A DNA stretch of 63,962 nt, the filler included, from Diploschistes diacapsis (taxonomy: Eukaryota), in assembly GCA_023645945.1 (NCBI GenBank). It is 9 parts of 9 records of this genome, joined end to end, with 100 filler letters (N's around TTAATTAATTAA, not from the genome) between each part and the next. Parts side by side here need not be neighbours in the genome. Positions count along the whole stretch, not along the records: positions 1 to 24,415 come from JALAIB010000240.1; 8 more parts are not named here. One strand, given 5' to 3'. Numbering within the stretch: the stretch's first letter is position 1; each line of letters starts with the position of its first letter. Made by a program: the position numbers and the translations under genes. Of the stretch, positions 13,585-24,515 are shown in pieces. The notes beneath the pieces are model-generated. The model was not told the DNA's origin. It worked only from the letters and a program-made list of their open reading frames with translations, and ran no database searches.

Positions 13585-14901
13585 TCAAAGGTCTCTAAAC
13601 CATATATGCGCCAATGCCTCCTGCGCGGTCAGCCTCTTTGCGGGATCAAAGTTCGTCAAGCCACCAATAAGATCTTTGAAGTCCGCGTCAACATTCTGCC
13701 ACATGGAGAATGGCTTACGCGGGTTGATCTTGTTGAAGCCGTCTTTAATAACTTTGAGGACCGCGCACCAAGGACTATTGCCAAGGTGATTCAAGAGCGC
13801 GTTCAGTCCATCTTCGTCCGCGAAGTAAGAAATTTGACGCTCCAGGACAATGGATAATGGCTCTTCGCCTTCCCTGAGCTCGTCTTCACCGATGGCGAAG
13901 ATGACACGTTTAAGTACAGCGTAAATACACTATGCGAGAACATTGGCGAGCAGCGATCCTAAAGGGGGCTGTAGCAGGCTTGGCGACTTACAACGACACC
14001 GAAGGAAAACATGTCGGAGGGTTTGTTCACGCGACCCTGCGCATGCGCTTCCGGACTACGCCACATCCAGTTGCCAACCTGTTTACCGAGAATGTCGTAT
14101 CCAGGAGACACATGGGCAGAATCTTCAATATCGGCAAGCTGGACTTTGCACGATTTGAATTCCATGCTGTTTCTTCTCCCAATCGATTACGATGTTGTTC
14201 GCCTTCACATCTGCAGTGTATCAGCCATCGTCAAAGAAGCCTCCTTCCAGCAGAGGTCTAATTCACCTGTGTGGACAATATTGTGATGATGTAGCACTGC
14301 AAGGCCACGCAGCGTATCTTTGAGGATTCGCTTCGTTAGCGCAATCGGTAGATCCATTTGAGCCAGGCTTAAGAGGTCGTCGGTAAAGTATTTGTAGACA
14401 AATATAAGCCGCTCAGGGATCGTGTCTTGCAACAGGCGGACATAGGCACGGCTGCCCAGACTGCGGTGCATGTCCAGGTAATAGTTGAAATCAGATTGAG
14501 AGACTTCCTTCAACACAAAACTTTTCTTCCCAGCGCTGAGTCGCCGAAAGTCAGGAAAGTAGATCGCAGTGGCAGGGTGAGCTTGAGAAGCACGTACGTG
14601 GCAAGATAGACGCGGCGCGTCGGAGGCCCTTTCTCCTGCAGGAGTCGCTGGATTAGATATCGACAGCCGGAGTCTCCAACTACCTCCGTGTTCTGTTCGT
14701 AGACATGTCTTTCTTTATCTGCCGGGGGAGATCTGCTGGTTGCGGTAACGACGCTGTGCTGTCATGACTGCGAAATTGGACGGTGGCGCGGAAGGCAGTT
14801 GAACATAGGGATCTTGAATTCAGGACTTGTGACACGCCTGAAGCCGAGGACGTTCTGCAGAAGCGAGAGCTCATCAAACAGGAGGCACGACATGGAGACA
14901 T
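13585..14901 (-). pseudogene. Ser/Thr protein kinase with two frameshifts
   Basis: VGDSGCRYLIQRLLQEK..VYLAT|..FVLKEV, NIVHT|DVKANNIV, VQLADIED, VGNWMWRSPEAH, DMFSFGVV|CIY, FDPAKRLTAQEALAHIW, with three GT-AG introns. Frame breaks at about 14725 (C run) and 14145 (AAA). Confidence 0.75.
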
Positions 14902-15717
14902 GAAGCGGGCGAAGGCTGTTTTTGCGTTCAATCTAACAATGCTGCTATGACGCTGCCCTTTTCCGCTAGCTATATCAACGGCGCTTAGCTCTCATGTTTC
15001 TACTAGCCCTGGTGCATCTTCTTCCGGTGGCTCTGCTCTAGTCACTCCCTTCCGTATCCATGCACCAGCTCCGCGTGCATTCCATACAAGACCGATCAAC
15101 TTGGCTGTGGAATCGTTGATTTGATAATCGGAAAAGACCTATTAGCAGAATTGAGAGGAGGCACAGGGGGCAAGTCGGTTCTTCGAGTAAATCAAGGTTT
15201 TCTACATAGACACGTGGTATGCCCATGGAATACGACACGACTGCGCCAATTGTCTACTCGCACCGCTATAATGGCAGATGATACTTCGCTTGTCTCCCAA
15301 CTAATGAGGCTGGCAATGGAAATTCCTCTTCCACCTACAGTAGGTAGGCGACCCATTCTCCATGCGGAACGCAACGATGCCTGGCCCTTGGGTTGATACG
15401 ATCGAACAAAGACCAATCCCTGGAACGTTCGGCAAGGAGCAGAAGATGGAAGGAGCAGATTGGCAAGCATTTGGAAGAGGAGCAGTCCTTTAGGAGTTGA
15501 GGAATGCGCTTGCTGCTTGGTGGACTTGGCTGAGATCTGAGTAAAAACATCTTTGACTGCTCGATCTGTTTCCTTGAGATCGTTGCTTGATGTTCAAAGC
15601 AGCCAAGTGTATGATTTACAATCTCTGAAGGACAGTGGCACTGGATCGTTCATAGTTCTATTCAATGCTCATATCCGGTCAACACCAGTCAATTCCTGCA
15701 AAGCGGCTTTCTGGAGT

Positions 15718-16145
15718 TCAGAAGTCCTCCAACTTGTAGACTTCATAGGAAGGCTCCTCGTATGGATGAGCACTACAGAAAATGGAGAATCAGCTCAACA
15801 GCGATCTCAACGAGGCAACAATGATGAGCGGGAGGAAACAAAGACTTGCCTTTTAAGCGCCTTCACTGCTTCTCTAACAGTGTCCTCTCCAACACACAGA
15901 GTTTCAACTCTAGCCTCTTCAACTTCCTCCAATTCACCCACCGTTCCGATATAGGGGTTTGCTTTGTTTCCGGGCCGGAACTGGCCCTTCCCTAGCGTGG
16001 TCCAGCAGCATTCCGTGTAGTTCCCCGGACCAGGGTAACGGCCTGCCCCAGCAGCGAAGACAGCGGCTTTGCAAGTCGCTATCCCTGAAAGCGGCACATG
16101 GAAGACAAACTTGAAGCGCGCTTTAGTAGAAAGAATAGTTGCCAT
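15718..16145 (-). CDS. small YqfO/NIF3-insert-like (PII/GlnB-like fold) protein
   Basis: FKFVFHVP..KAAVFAAGAG..GNYTECCW..GKGQFRP..ANPYIG.VGELEEVEEARVET..AVKALK|SAHPYEEPSYEVYKLEDF*. The conserved AHPYEEP tail is reached through a GC-AG intron at 15849-15773. Confidence 0.85.
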
Positions 16146-16319
16146 GTTTGTCGCAGATTTCTTTGATTGCTGGGAACGAACGTTGGAAAAGTCAGTGATC
16201 CTTTCGATGTGCTTAACCGGTCCTGGCTTAGCCAATTACAGGGAAGCGTGAGGGATTTGACCTCTCGACTGCAGATCACACTCGACTTTGCCCGTTGTAC
16301 GCAATTACAAGAGCCCAGT

Positions 16320-16805
16320 CCTGATATTGGAGTTGGCGGCTGGGAAAGAATGATGGTCCGATTTCATGTTTGCTGCATGTAGTCCACTGGGACAATAAGC
16401 GAGAATACGAAGCTCCATCCTATACTTGGGGCGACCCTAGCAACAAGGTCCCAATCAATTGCCATGGAAAAAGACTCGAGATTGCAGTAAATCTGTATGG
16501 AGCATTGCATCGACTCCGGTTTCCAGAGAAGCCACGGTTTTTATGGGCCGATGCACTTTGGTAAGTGGGCTGAGTCCTTGCCCCCTACTTGCAACTCTGT
16601 TTCGCTTCATCCTGTACCGCGAAGACTCTTACAGACTACTTGGATCTGACTCAAAAGGCTGTTATTGTAGTACAAATCAAGCCAACATTCCGGAGCGAGG
16701 CTGTCAAGCCGGGCAAATGAAGCAGAGCTACGAAACTGCAACGACGGTTCTTATCTGGATTGGACCAGATACTTCGCCGCCTTCTGGATCACTTGGGAAA
16801 TCATG
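16320..16805 (+). pseudogene. HET (heterokaryon incompatibility) domain remnant
   Basis: EYEAPSYTWGD..INCHG..NLYGALHRLR..FLWADAL|intron|NQANIPER..QMKQSYETATTVLIWIG are HET-domain motifs. There is a frame break near 16350 and a stop directly after the domain. Confidence 0.75.
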
Positions 16806-17335
16806 AGATACTGAGGGCGTATCAGTCCCAGCCAAGCATGTTGAATCGCTAACGCTCTCATCTGTGGCACGATGTCACTTTGTGCTTTGTTCTAGCGGTG
16901 CTTCCGTTATGGAAGGGAAGTCGATAGGCAGTTCATTCAGGTAAATTTATCTGCCTATACTAGAACAAGCCTGCCAAAGTAGCTGTTGATTGGAGGCCTT
17001 TGCATCTATCGACCCTCATATTTATTCTATTTTTCGATGACCCTCTTTAGTCTGCCATTTTTCTCAGGGTTCAAAAGTGTCTTATCTCTAGTGAGCGCAA
17101 TGTTTCAAAACAGTCTTCCATTTTCGCCCTGGTCATCTCAGAGTTTGTAAGTCGAAAGCCGAGACTGTAAGCACGATATTGCATTCGCTTTCTGACGGCT
17201 TGACAGAATAGGATTCGAGAGATATGATATGGCTCCTGGAAATGAACCCGGTCTGTTGTCTGCAATGGTGCTGTCAGGCAGTGTTCGTCCGGCAGAACGT
17301 CCGGCAGAACGATCAGATTGTACACAACAAAGAGA

Positions 17336-17803
17336 TCAGTAAAATCCACGAGCTCGGGCAGCGCATAGTATCTCCGATCGCTCTTGAGCAGCACACTCGG
17401 GACATTGAAGCGAAATACCCCCGTCCCACGAACCCACTTTATTTTCCCAAAAAAGTTTTTCCACGGCAAAAAATTGCTCCTTCTTTTTCCAATAACTCTT
17501 TTTAGTCGGGCGATACCGAAAACAGTCGAGGCAAACAGCCCAGCTCCTCTTTGGCCGGCCCAATTTACTGAGGGGTCGTATTCGCCTTAGCAGCTGTTCG
17601 AGCATCCAGCTCTGACAGGATATTGCATGCTCTGCGTGCAACAAGATCTTCATCCGCACTCGGGTCGAAACCCGAAGTAGTGTCTTACAGGAAAGGGCCA
17701 GCATGACCTGATCTAATGCGTCCGCATGATCGAATATTTCGAGAAGAATCTCTACGGGCAAGCTAAAGAACGGGCAGGATTGAGTCCCTGCCGAATTGAA
17801 CAT
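17336..17803 (-). CDS. F-box domain protein
   Basis: FFSLPVEILLEIFDHADALDQVMLALSCKTL is an F-box motif; CLDC and CPEC follow. There may be an additional 5' exon. Confidence 0.65.
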   Translation of the reverse strand: MFNSAGTQSCPFFSLPVEILLEIFDHADALDQVMLALSCKTLLRVSTRVRMKILLHAEHAISCQSWMLEQLLRRIRPLSKLGRPKRSWAVCLDCFRYRPTKKSYWKKKEQFFAVEKLFWENKVGSWDGGISLQCPECAAQERSEILCAARARGFY

Positions 17804-18418
17804 CTGTAGTCAGGCATGTCAATGATACCGAGCCTTGAGGTTTTTTATGGCGTTAGCTCACAGGAACCACGAGGGTCTTCAAAAGACTTTTGCCGACCAT
17901 GTCGATAATCAATGACCTTAAATGAAACGTATTCGGCCCTTTGTACGATTTTGTAATGAGAAGATTCTTTTGGTGAAGAGCAGCAACTACCTGACAGAAA
18001 GTCCGTCTAATTAATCCCTGTATTTACTTTTCACCTGTTTCTATAGCGACTTACCGTTGCACGTGATTGGCGGTTCGACCCTAAAGACTACGCACTGAAA
18101 CGGAGTTAGCGGAAAAGCTGCAAATCTAGGATATGCAGATCTCGTTGACTGCTTTCTCCTTCTGCAATTGGCATGGCAGAATCTACTCAACGTTGCACCT
18201 GCCCTCGCTATGAGGGTGGGGAATGATGGATTCTTCCTCGCTTGCAGCAACACTTTGAGGAGCGGGTGTGAGCACAGGTTCGACCAGTCATTCTTGTGAC
18301 GGTGAGCCTGGACCACATCGAGGAGCCCAGCGGACAGCAATTCAACTTTCTCTTTCCGGGACAAAAATAGTTGGGAAGTTGGATGGTTCGAATGGCTGTT
18401 TCTGTATGCCCTCTCACC

Positions 18419-19543
18419 ATGATTTCGGACGCAAAAAAGAGCTTTGTTAGCGGAGAGATCTCAAATCCGGACCAGCTTGACGCACTTGTTCCCGGTGGAC
18501 AATCCAGAAAAGACCAGACACGCAGCAGTAGGTTTCAAAACCTACCGAGAGAAACTCTCCAGAATATAGCAGAGCTGCTTCCCATTAGTTCTGCTGCGGC
18601 ACTGACCCTTACATGCAAATCTTTGCTTTTCATCCTCGGACATCGATACCTCCATTACCTGCGCCGCGGAGACTACTGCAATGAGCCGGAGCTTCGAAAG
18701 CTCCTGCTACTTATTGAGAGGGATCTCCCCACATACTATGGCTGCCTGGATTGTCTGCGCCTTCACTCGTTCTACTATACCGTGCCTCGGGGGCGGCGAG
18801 TGCTTCAACATCTCCAGTCGCCCATCCTAGGTGATCGGCTTTGCAAAGAAATGGACTATACAGCACAAGCTGCGCTGTTTAGTGGAAAGCCTATCAGGTT
18901 CGAAAATCTCAACAAAGTCATGAGACAGCATCGGACAGGCACTCTGCGCCCGGCTGCTCTTCTGCGGCTTTCCTCGCTCAAGTCCAAGAGCACCAAGGAT
19001 CCTTCCTTGGAGCGCCTCATACGATTTCGCATCGCTTCGAATGAGCTGCTGATGAAAGGGGTATATCGGTTTACTGTAGATTTGGACAAACGGTATGATC
19101 TCTTGACAAACAAGACATTGGAGAAACTTTACATATGCTCGCATTTCTCATTCAAGGTCGAGCCTTGTACCGCCCCAACAACTGTACCGCAAGGCCTCTT
19201 CATGCATCTACAAAGGCTGAAGGCATGCAAATGCTGTAGAAATCTGTGGAATAAGGTTCGATGTAAATCGTTTGGCGCAAAGTCGGCGCCAGGGGAGACT
19301 TGCTCGAGCCTCCACTCTTGTGACAGGTGCCCGACAGAGTTCCAGATCCGTGCTGTACGGCAGGGCATGTCGACGATGGGTATCATCATCACTCGCTGGG
19401 TCAACCTCGGTGGCATCGAGTCACCAAACTCGCCCAAGTACCGCAGTCTGATGCACCGTAGGAACGAGCGCTGGGAGAATGGCGGCTATGTGCCTCTTGT
19501 ACAGTGGCAGCCTGGGACCATCAAGGCGGCGTTCGGCAACTGA
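18419..19543 (+). CDS. F-box-like protein with Cys-rich C-terminus
   Basis: FQNLPRETLQNIAELLPISSAAALTLTCKSL is F-box-like. CLDCLRLH, ICSH, CDRCPTEFQI..ITRWVNLG are typical of a Pezizomycotina F-box family. Confidence 0.75.
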   Translation: MISDAKKSFVSGEISNPDQLDALVPGGQSRKDQTRSSRFQNLPRETLQNIAELLPISSAAALTLTCKSLLFILGHRYLHYLRRGDYCNEPELRKLLLLIERDLPTYYGCLDCLRLHSFYYTVPRGRRVLQHLQSPILGDRLCKEMDYTAQAALFSGKPIRFENLNKVMRQHRTGTLRPAALLRLSSLKSKSTKDPSLERLIRFRIASNELLMKGVYRFTVDLDKRYDLLTNKTLEKLYICSHFSFKVEPCTAPTTVPQGLFMHLQRLKACKCCRNLWNKVRCKSFGAKSAPGETCSSLHSCDRCPTEFQIRAVRQGMSTMGIIITRWVNLGGIESPNSPKYRSLMHRRNERWENGGYVPLVQWQPGTIKAAFGN

Positions 19544-20494
19544 GAGGTAGGCCAAAAGGTAGTCGATGGCGAACCAGGGCGCCTACACCGTGTCCGAACA
19601 TGAAAAGATAACGCAAAGTCCCAGATCGGGCATCAGGGATAATGGATTTGCAGTCGCCCGTTGAGCCGGTCCGACTGGCGGCTCTGGCACTGAGCATCTT
19701 TCTAATATCATACCGGGTTTACATATCTTGTGGCTATTGAATAGCTATTCAAGGACGCTTCGTTGCAATAATAGTGAGTCACCCATTGACCCCTTTCTTA
19801 TAGCATTACCACTTGCGGCTTTCTCTACCGTTCATAGTAATTAGCGATTTTGACTGATAGCGGCAAGATCTCCGACCATCACTATCAAACTGACATTCGC
19901 TACTTTGGCATCTGTTGCATCTACCTCGCGCTCGTCGTTAATATCTGCCATCTTGCCTCCAGCATCTTCAATCTCAAGTGCTAGGGCTCATTAGGAGCCA
20001 CGTTATTGCTGTAAGATGCAGTCAGCTATCTATGTGTACATTGAGCATGGCGCATTTGGAGGATGCTTTCTGGTCATTGTTGCCGCTCTTGTCTTGTCAG
20101 GCACCAAAACCTAGAGTTACGCTTTGTATCTGTCACATTATATGTAGCTCGACACTCAACATCGCAAGAGAAAGAAGAAGTCCAATCTGCTCTTGATTCG
20201 ACTATCAACCTAGTCTGGGAAAGGAGCAAGCCCCGTCCCCCGCAATGACATCTTCAGCCGCGACATTGTAGATATCTGCCCCCGATCGCCGTGACAGTTG
20301 CTGCATGCGGAATAGCTTTACGTTCTGCAAGATGGCATTGCATCAAAAGGTCTACGAGGCCGCCGGCTTCGCAGCCATTGAAAGTTAGTGCCAGCCTAGG
20401 ATAAGTTCGAAAGAGGAGATAAGAACGATGCTGTAGGATTTCTCTCTTTTGTGTATTGTCGTATGCACTTTCATTCTTGTTTCTGGATTGCGCA

Positions 20495-23005
20495 ATGTTG
20501 CTCCTCAACCTGCTACTTGATTTCGCTGTCTCTTGCAGCGCAGTGTCCCTCTCGAGACTTCCCCAAGATCCAGCATCATGGTTGCTTCGAAGACAGACGG
20601 GGCCCAATTATCCTGCGAATACTATAGATATGCCTGTCCGTTTTTTGAAGGTTGTCATTTCCACATCTGAGATTCTCTGCGTAGATTGATCACTTTCCGG
20701 AGAGTCCCCGATATGCGCCTCATACAGAATCGACATTCAAGCAGCGGTACTTCTTCGATTCTTCGTACTACAGGCCCGGCGGCCCCGTCTACTTATACAT
20801 CGGAGGAGAGACGAGTGGTGAAAGTCGGTTTGAAAACCTGCGGAATGGGAGTGCGTTCGAAAGCGCTTGGGTTACCAAAATTACCGCTGAAAACCAAACA
20901 GTCATTCAAATTCTTATGCAGGCTACGAATGGCTTGGGCGTCATCCTCGAGAACCGCTATTACGGAGAAAGCTATCCGTTCAACGCAAGCTCGACGGACC
21001 AGCTGGCTTATATGAGCACCGAGCAGAGTCAGGCCTTCCTTCCGATGTTCTTACTGTAGAGCGCTGGCTGACGCCTGGCATTGCAGCCATTGCCGACAAC
21101 GCTTACTTTGCGCAGCACGTGAAGTTCCCGTAAGCTTTGTGTACTCTTTCACTTCTTCGGTCATTGAACTAAAACTTCCTAAAGGGGCATTGAAGGCAAC
21201 CTCTCCGCTCCAGACACACCATGGATTCTTTACGGGGGCAGCCTCGCCGGAGCACAGACCGCCTTCTCTGTGAAGACTTATGGAAACAGTACGCTGTACG
21301 GTGGCATTGCGAGCAGCGGCGTTACCAAGGTCAAATTAGCATATCCGGAATGGTAAATTAGCAATGCTGTCCTGTCAAGCAACTTCCGCTCATTGCAGCT
21401 ACCCAGGTACGATCCAATACAGAAATTTGCTCCTCAAGATTGTGTCTCGCGAATCAATGGCATTGTCGACAAGATGGACTCCCTTGTGTCTGCCGACAAC
21501 GCAAAAGCCATCCAGCAGTTGAAGGACATCTTTGGACTGGGGGCGCTCGAAGATATTAGGGACTTTGCCATGACCATTGCTTTTCCAAGTGCGCGTTCAT
21601 TGTCTTGACTTCCAGCGCTTCTTCAAGAGCTGACGTGCACCTCCAGTCGGCGGCCCGATGAGCTATCCCACGAATACCTGGCAGGAGCTCAACTGGTCTC
21701 CCGTCTACGGCGCACCCGATTTCTTCGAGTTCTGCCACAACGTTACCGACGTCGATATACCCACAAACCTGAGCGCCGTTGACAACGAGCTCGCGCAGTA
21801 CACGAACGGCGAGGCGTGGACCGGGCTGGGAGGCTGGGCCAACTACGTCAAGCAGTACCTCATTCCGCTCTGTGGGGTCGAGCCCGTCAACAGTGTGTAC
21901 TGCTTCGGTACGCAGAATCGTAAGTCACATGCTCACCTCGTAGAGACACCGCCGGACGAGGTCGACGTTGAACGTACCCTGTCTCACTGACGTGCAGAAT
22001 CTTACTGGGCGGACCCGTCAAACAGCGGAGACCGGTCTTATCTTTATACCTGTGCGTGATATTCGCTTTCCGTGACTGACGTCCTCACCGCAACATACGT
22101 TGAGTACGCTAATCAAATCCCTCAACTCAGCATGCACCGAAGGCGGCCTTTATCAAGCAGCCCCGTCCACCGGCCCTTCGCTCATCTCCAGGGTGCTGCA
22201 GGTTAATTACACGTAAGCTGATCTTGCGTGAGACCGAGCTCGGGGACCTACGGGCTTCCGGAATCTCTAAGAGGTCGTTCAGCTGACATACGAAAATGCA
22301 GGCAGCAGTGGTGCGACTGGGCCTTTCCGAAGGGGAAATACAACTCTATCCCGCCCACGCCGAACCTAGATCGTTGGAACGACTATGGCGGCTACGATGT
22401 GCAGGCTGATCGGTTGGCGCACGTTGATGGCTGTAAGCTCTCTCTTCATCTCGATTCGCGTCGAAGTTTATCGTTCACCGAAAGCTATGCGCGCAGAGCA
22501 CCCCTCGACCTTACTCCCAGCGCACCACGCAGCCCCTTTCATCTCATCTCCTTACGTTCCCGCAGTTGTTATGACAGATCCGGATCTGAATTAGGATCTG
22601 GGACCCACGCTATGCCATGCCGCTTTGGCCCTTGTGTAATTTGTGCCTCAGGTGCATCAGCAGTTGGGGCCTTTATTTTGACCACGGTGGGGGCGAATGC
22701 AAACTCACGAATTCAGATCCGGATCTGTCATGACACTGCATTCCCGGGCCAAAGCTGACATCTCCGCAGCCCAGGATCCCTGGCTCGACGTCTGCTACCA
22801 CTCCAACGACGCGCCCCAGCGCTACTCGACAGACCTCCGGCCCGAGCTCCTCATAAACGGAGCAGGGCACCACTGGGACAGCTACGGCTTCGGCTACGCG
22901 AATGTTACGGACGAGCCGCAGTTCATAAGGGAGGCGCATCTGTGGGAGATTAGGACGGTTAAGCGGTGGTTGGCGGATTTCAAGAGCTGGAAACCGAGCG
23001 TGTAG
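20495..23005 (+). CDS. secreted serine carboxypeptidase, family S28
   Basis: Signal peptide; MP|IDHF, TFKQRYF, GPVYLYIGGE, LENRYYGES; catalytic GGSLAG, QDPW and GHHWD. Ten GT-AG introns were spliced by hand in frame. Confidence 0.92.
22563..22738. mobile_element. 176-bp hAT-like MITE inside last intron of S28 gene
   Basis: TIRs CAGTTGTTATGACAGATCCGGATCTGAATT / AATTCAGATCCGGATCTGTCATGACACTG. Flanks CGTTCCCG (22555-22562) and CATTCCCG (22739-22746) form an 8-bp TSD with one mismatch. Confidence 0.8.
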
Positions 23006-23543
23006 GCGTGAAGGTGTGAAGGCGTCGTGTGTGTGTCTTGGGGAGTGAAGGAAGGTGGAAGGCATAGAGGATTTTTTGAAAAAGCTGGGAAGAGATCTGG
23101 CGAGAGAAGTGTTGTTATGATGGACAGGCGGATGTCCTGCAGACAGATATCGTGGAGATATAGATAGAGAGCTATGAGCGGTTATGTCTACGGAGACAAT
23201 CAAATCCTACAAAACAAAGACTTGTTTAACCTCGTGCACGCCAAACCAAACCCCCATCCACGAACCAAAAACAACCCTATCCTCCAACCGGAAGGACATT
23301 CCTTTAGTCATGGGTAGCTCAAGCTTACGTTACCTACTTCCGCAAACCACCACCTACCATTCCAGGCAAGAAAAGCTGCCCCCCTCACCTGCATCCCCTA
23401 ATCCCGCCTTAGCCCCATCGTCATTAAAAAAAAATAGGCGTTTATAAAGTTCCAAAAAGTTTAAAACGCTCTCAACAGAAAAAGATTCGGCGCAGTTAAT
23501 TTCCCCCACCAATATCTCCGCTTCCACATCCCTTAATTCCGTG

Positions 23544-23567
23544 CAGCAGCAGCAGCAGCAGCAGCAG
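23544..23567. repeat. (CAG)8 microsatellite
   Basis: Read directly from the sequence. Confidence 0.9.
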
Positions 23568-24415
23568 CGGAGGTACGCTAAACTCCGCCCATCGTTTTCC
23601 CCTTTCCGGGGTCGCCAGAAACAAAAAACCGGGTACTTCGTGGGGATAGGGAAATATAGCGTGACTTTTCGTTTACTGTATTACTACAAACAACTAAAAA
23701 TTGTTATAGTTGCATGTACTTCATTTTGCCTTTTTTTTTTTTATTAAAAGGGATTTAAAAAGCTGACAAATCACCTTCAAATTAATTTTGCTATTGTATA
23801 ATAAACATCGGTCGTGGGAGGCCCCCCGGGAGAAAGAAGCGGTTGATGGGACTTGGGCGATTGTGAAATGATCGGGTCCCTCCCGTCGTGAAGTGGCCCC
23901 ATGAGTCAGACTTCAGTTTGTTTTGCGAGCTTGTGAAAGCGGATCGATCCCCCTTGCATCGGGCCCTCCTCCCTTCCTTTTTTACACCGGACCCAAAAAA
24001 AAATGGCTCTAACTGCTAAATACAATCCGGGGGCCACAAAATCACTCAAGGGGCCAAAAACGGGGGGGCCGTACCGTGGTGGTGGACGGGGGCTTGATAT
24101 ATACTGTACTCTCTTGATCATTCGGCCAGTTTTTTGGTGATTGGGACGTCGGGATGCTGGGAAGTGCTGAGCAATGTGCTACTGTGGGATTCAAAACGAT
24201 GCAGGTACGCACGTGCGCACGTGCCGGGACTTGGGGCCGTTGAGCGGCCGGGTAATAATACCCCGACGCTGGGAAGTCCCGGGCAGATGAGACAGGCGGT
24301 GGATTTTATGATTTGTAAGGCAGAGAGCTAGCATGCAGCAGGAGCGAGAAGCTACCGCCGAGCTTATCGGTGAAGAAAGGGGGGGGGGGGGGGGGGTGTG
24401 GTACATATAAAAAGC

Positions 24416-24515
24416 NNNNNNNNNNNNNNNNNNNNNNNNNNNNNNNNNNNNNNNNNNNNTTAATTAATTAANNNNNNNNNNNNNNNNNNNNNNNNNNNNN
24501 NNNNNNNNNNNNNNN
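24416..24515. other. artificial 100-nt spacer N44-TTAATTAATTAA-N44 (also 26570-26669, 28722-28821, 30873-30972, 33024-33123, 57515-57614, 59666-59765, 61815-61914)
   Basis: Eight identical gaps, each with a palindromic linker giving stops in all six frames. Confidence 0.97.

Noticed and set aside
24460..24471. TTAATTAATTAA as piggyBac target or biological repeat
   Set aside because: It is identical and centred in every N gap, so it is an artificial stop linker.
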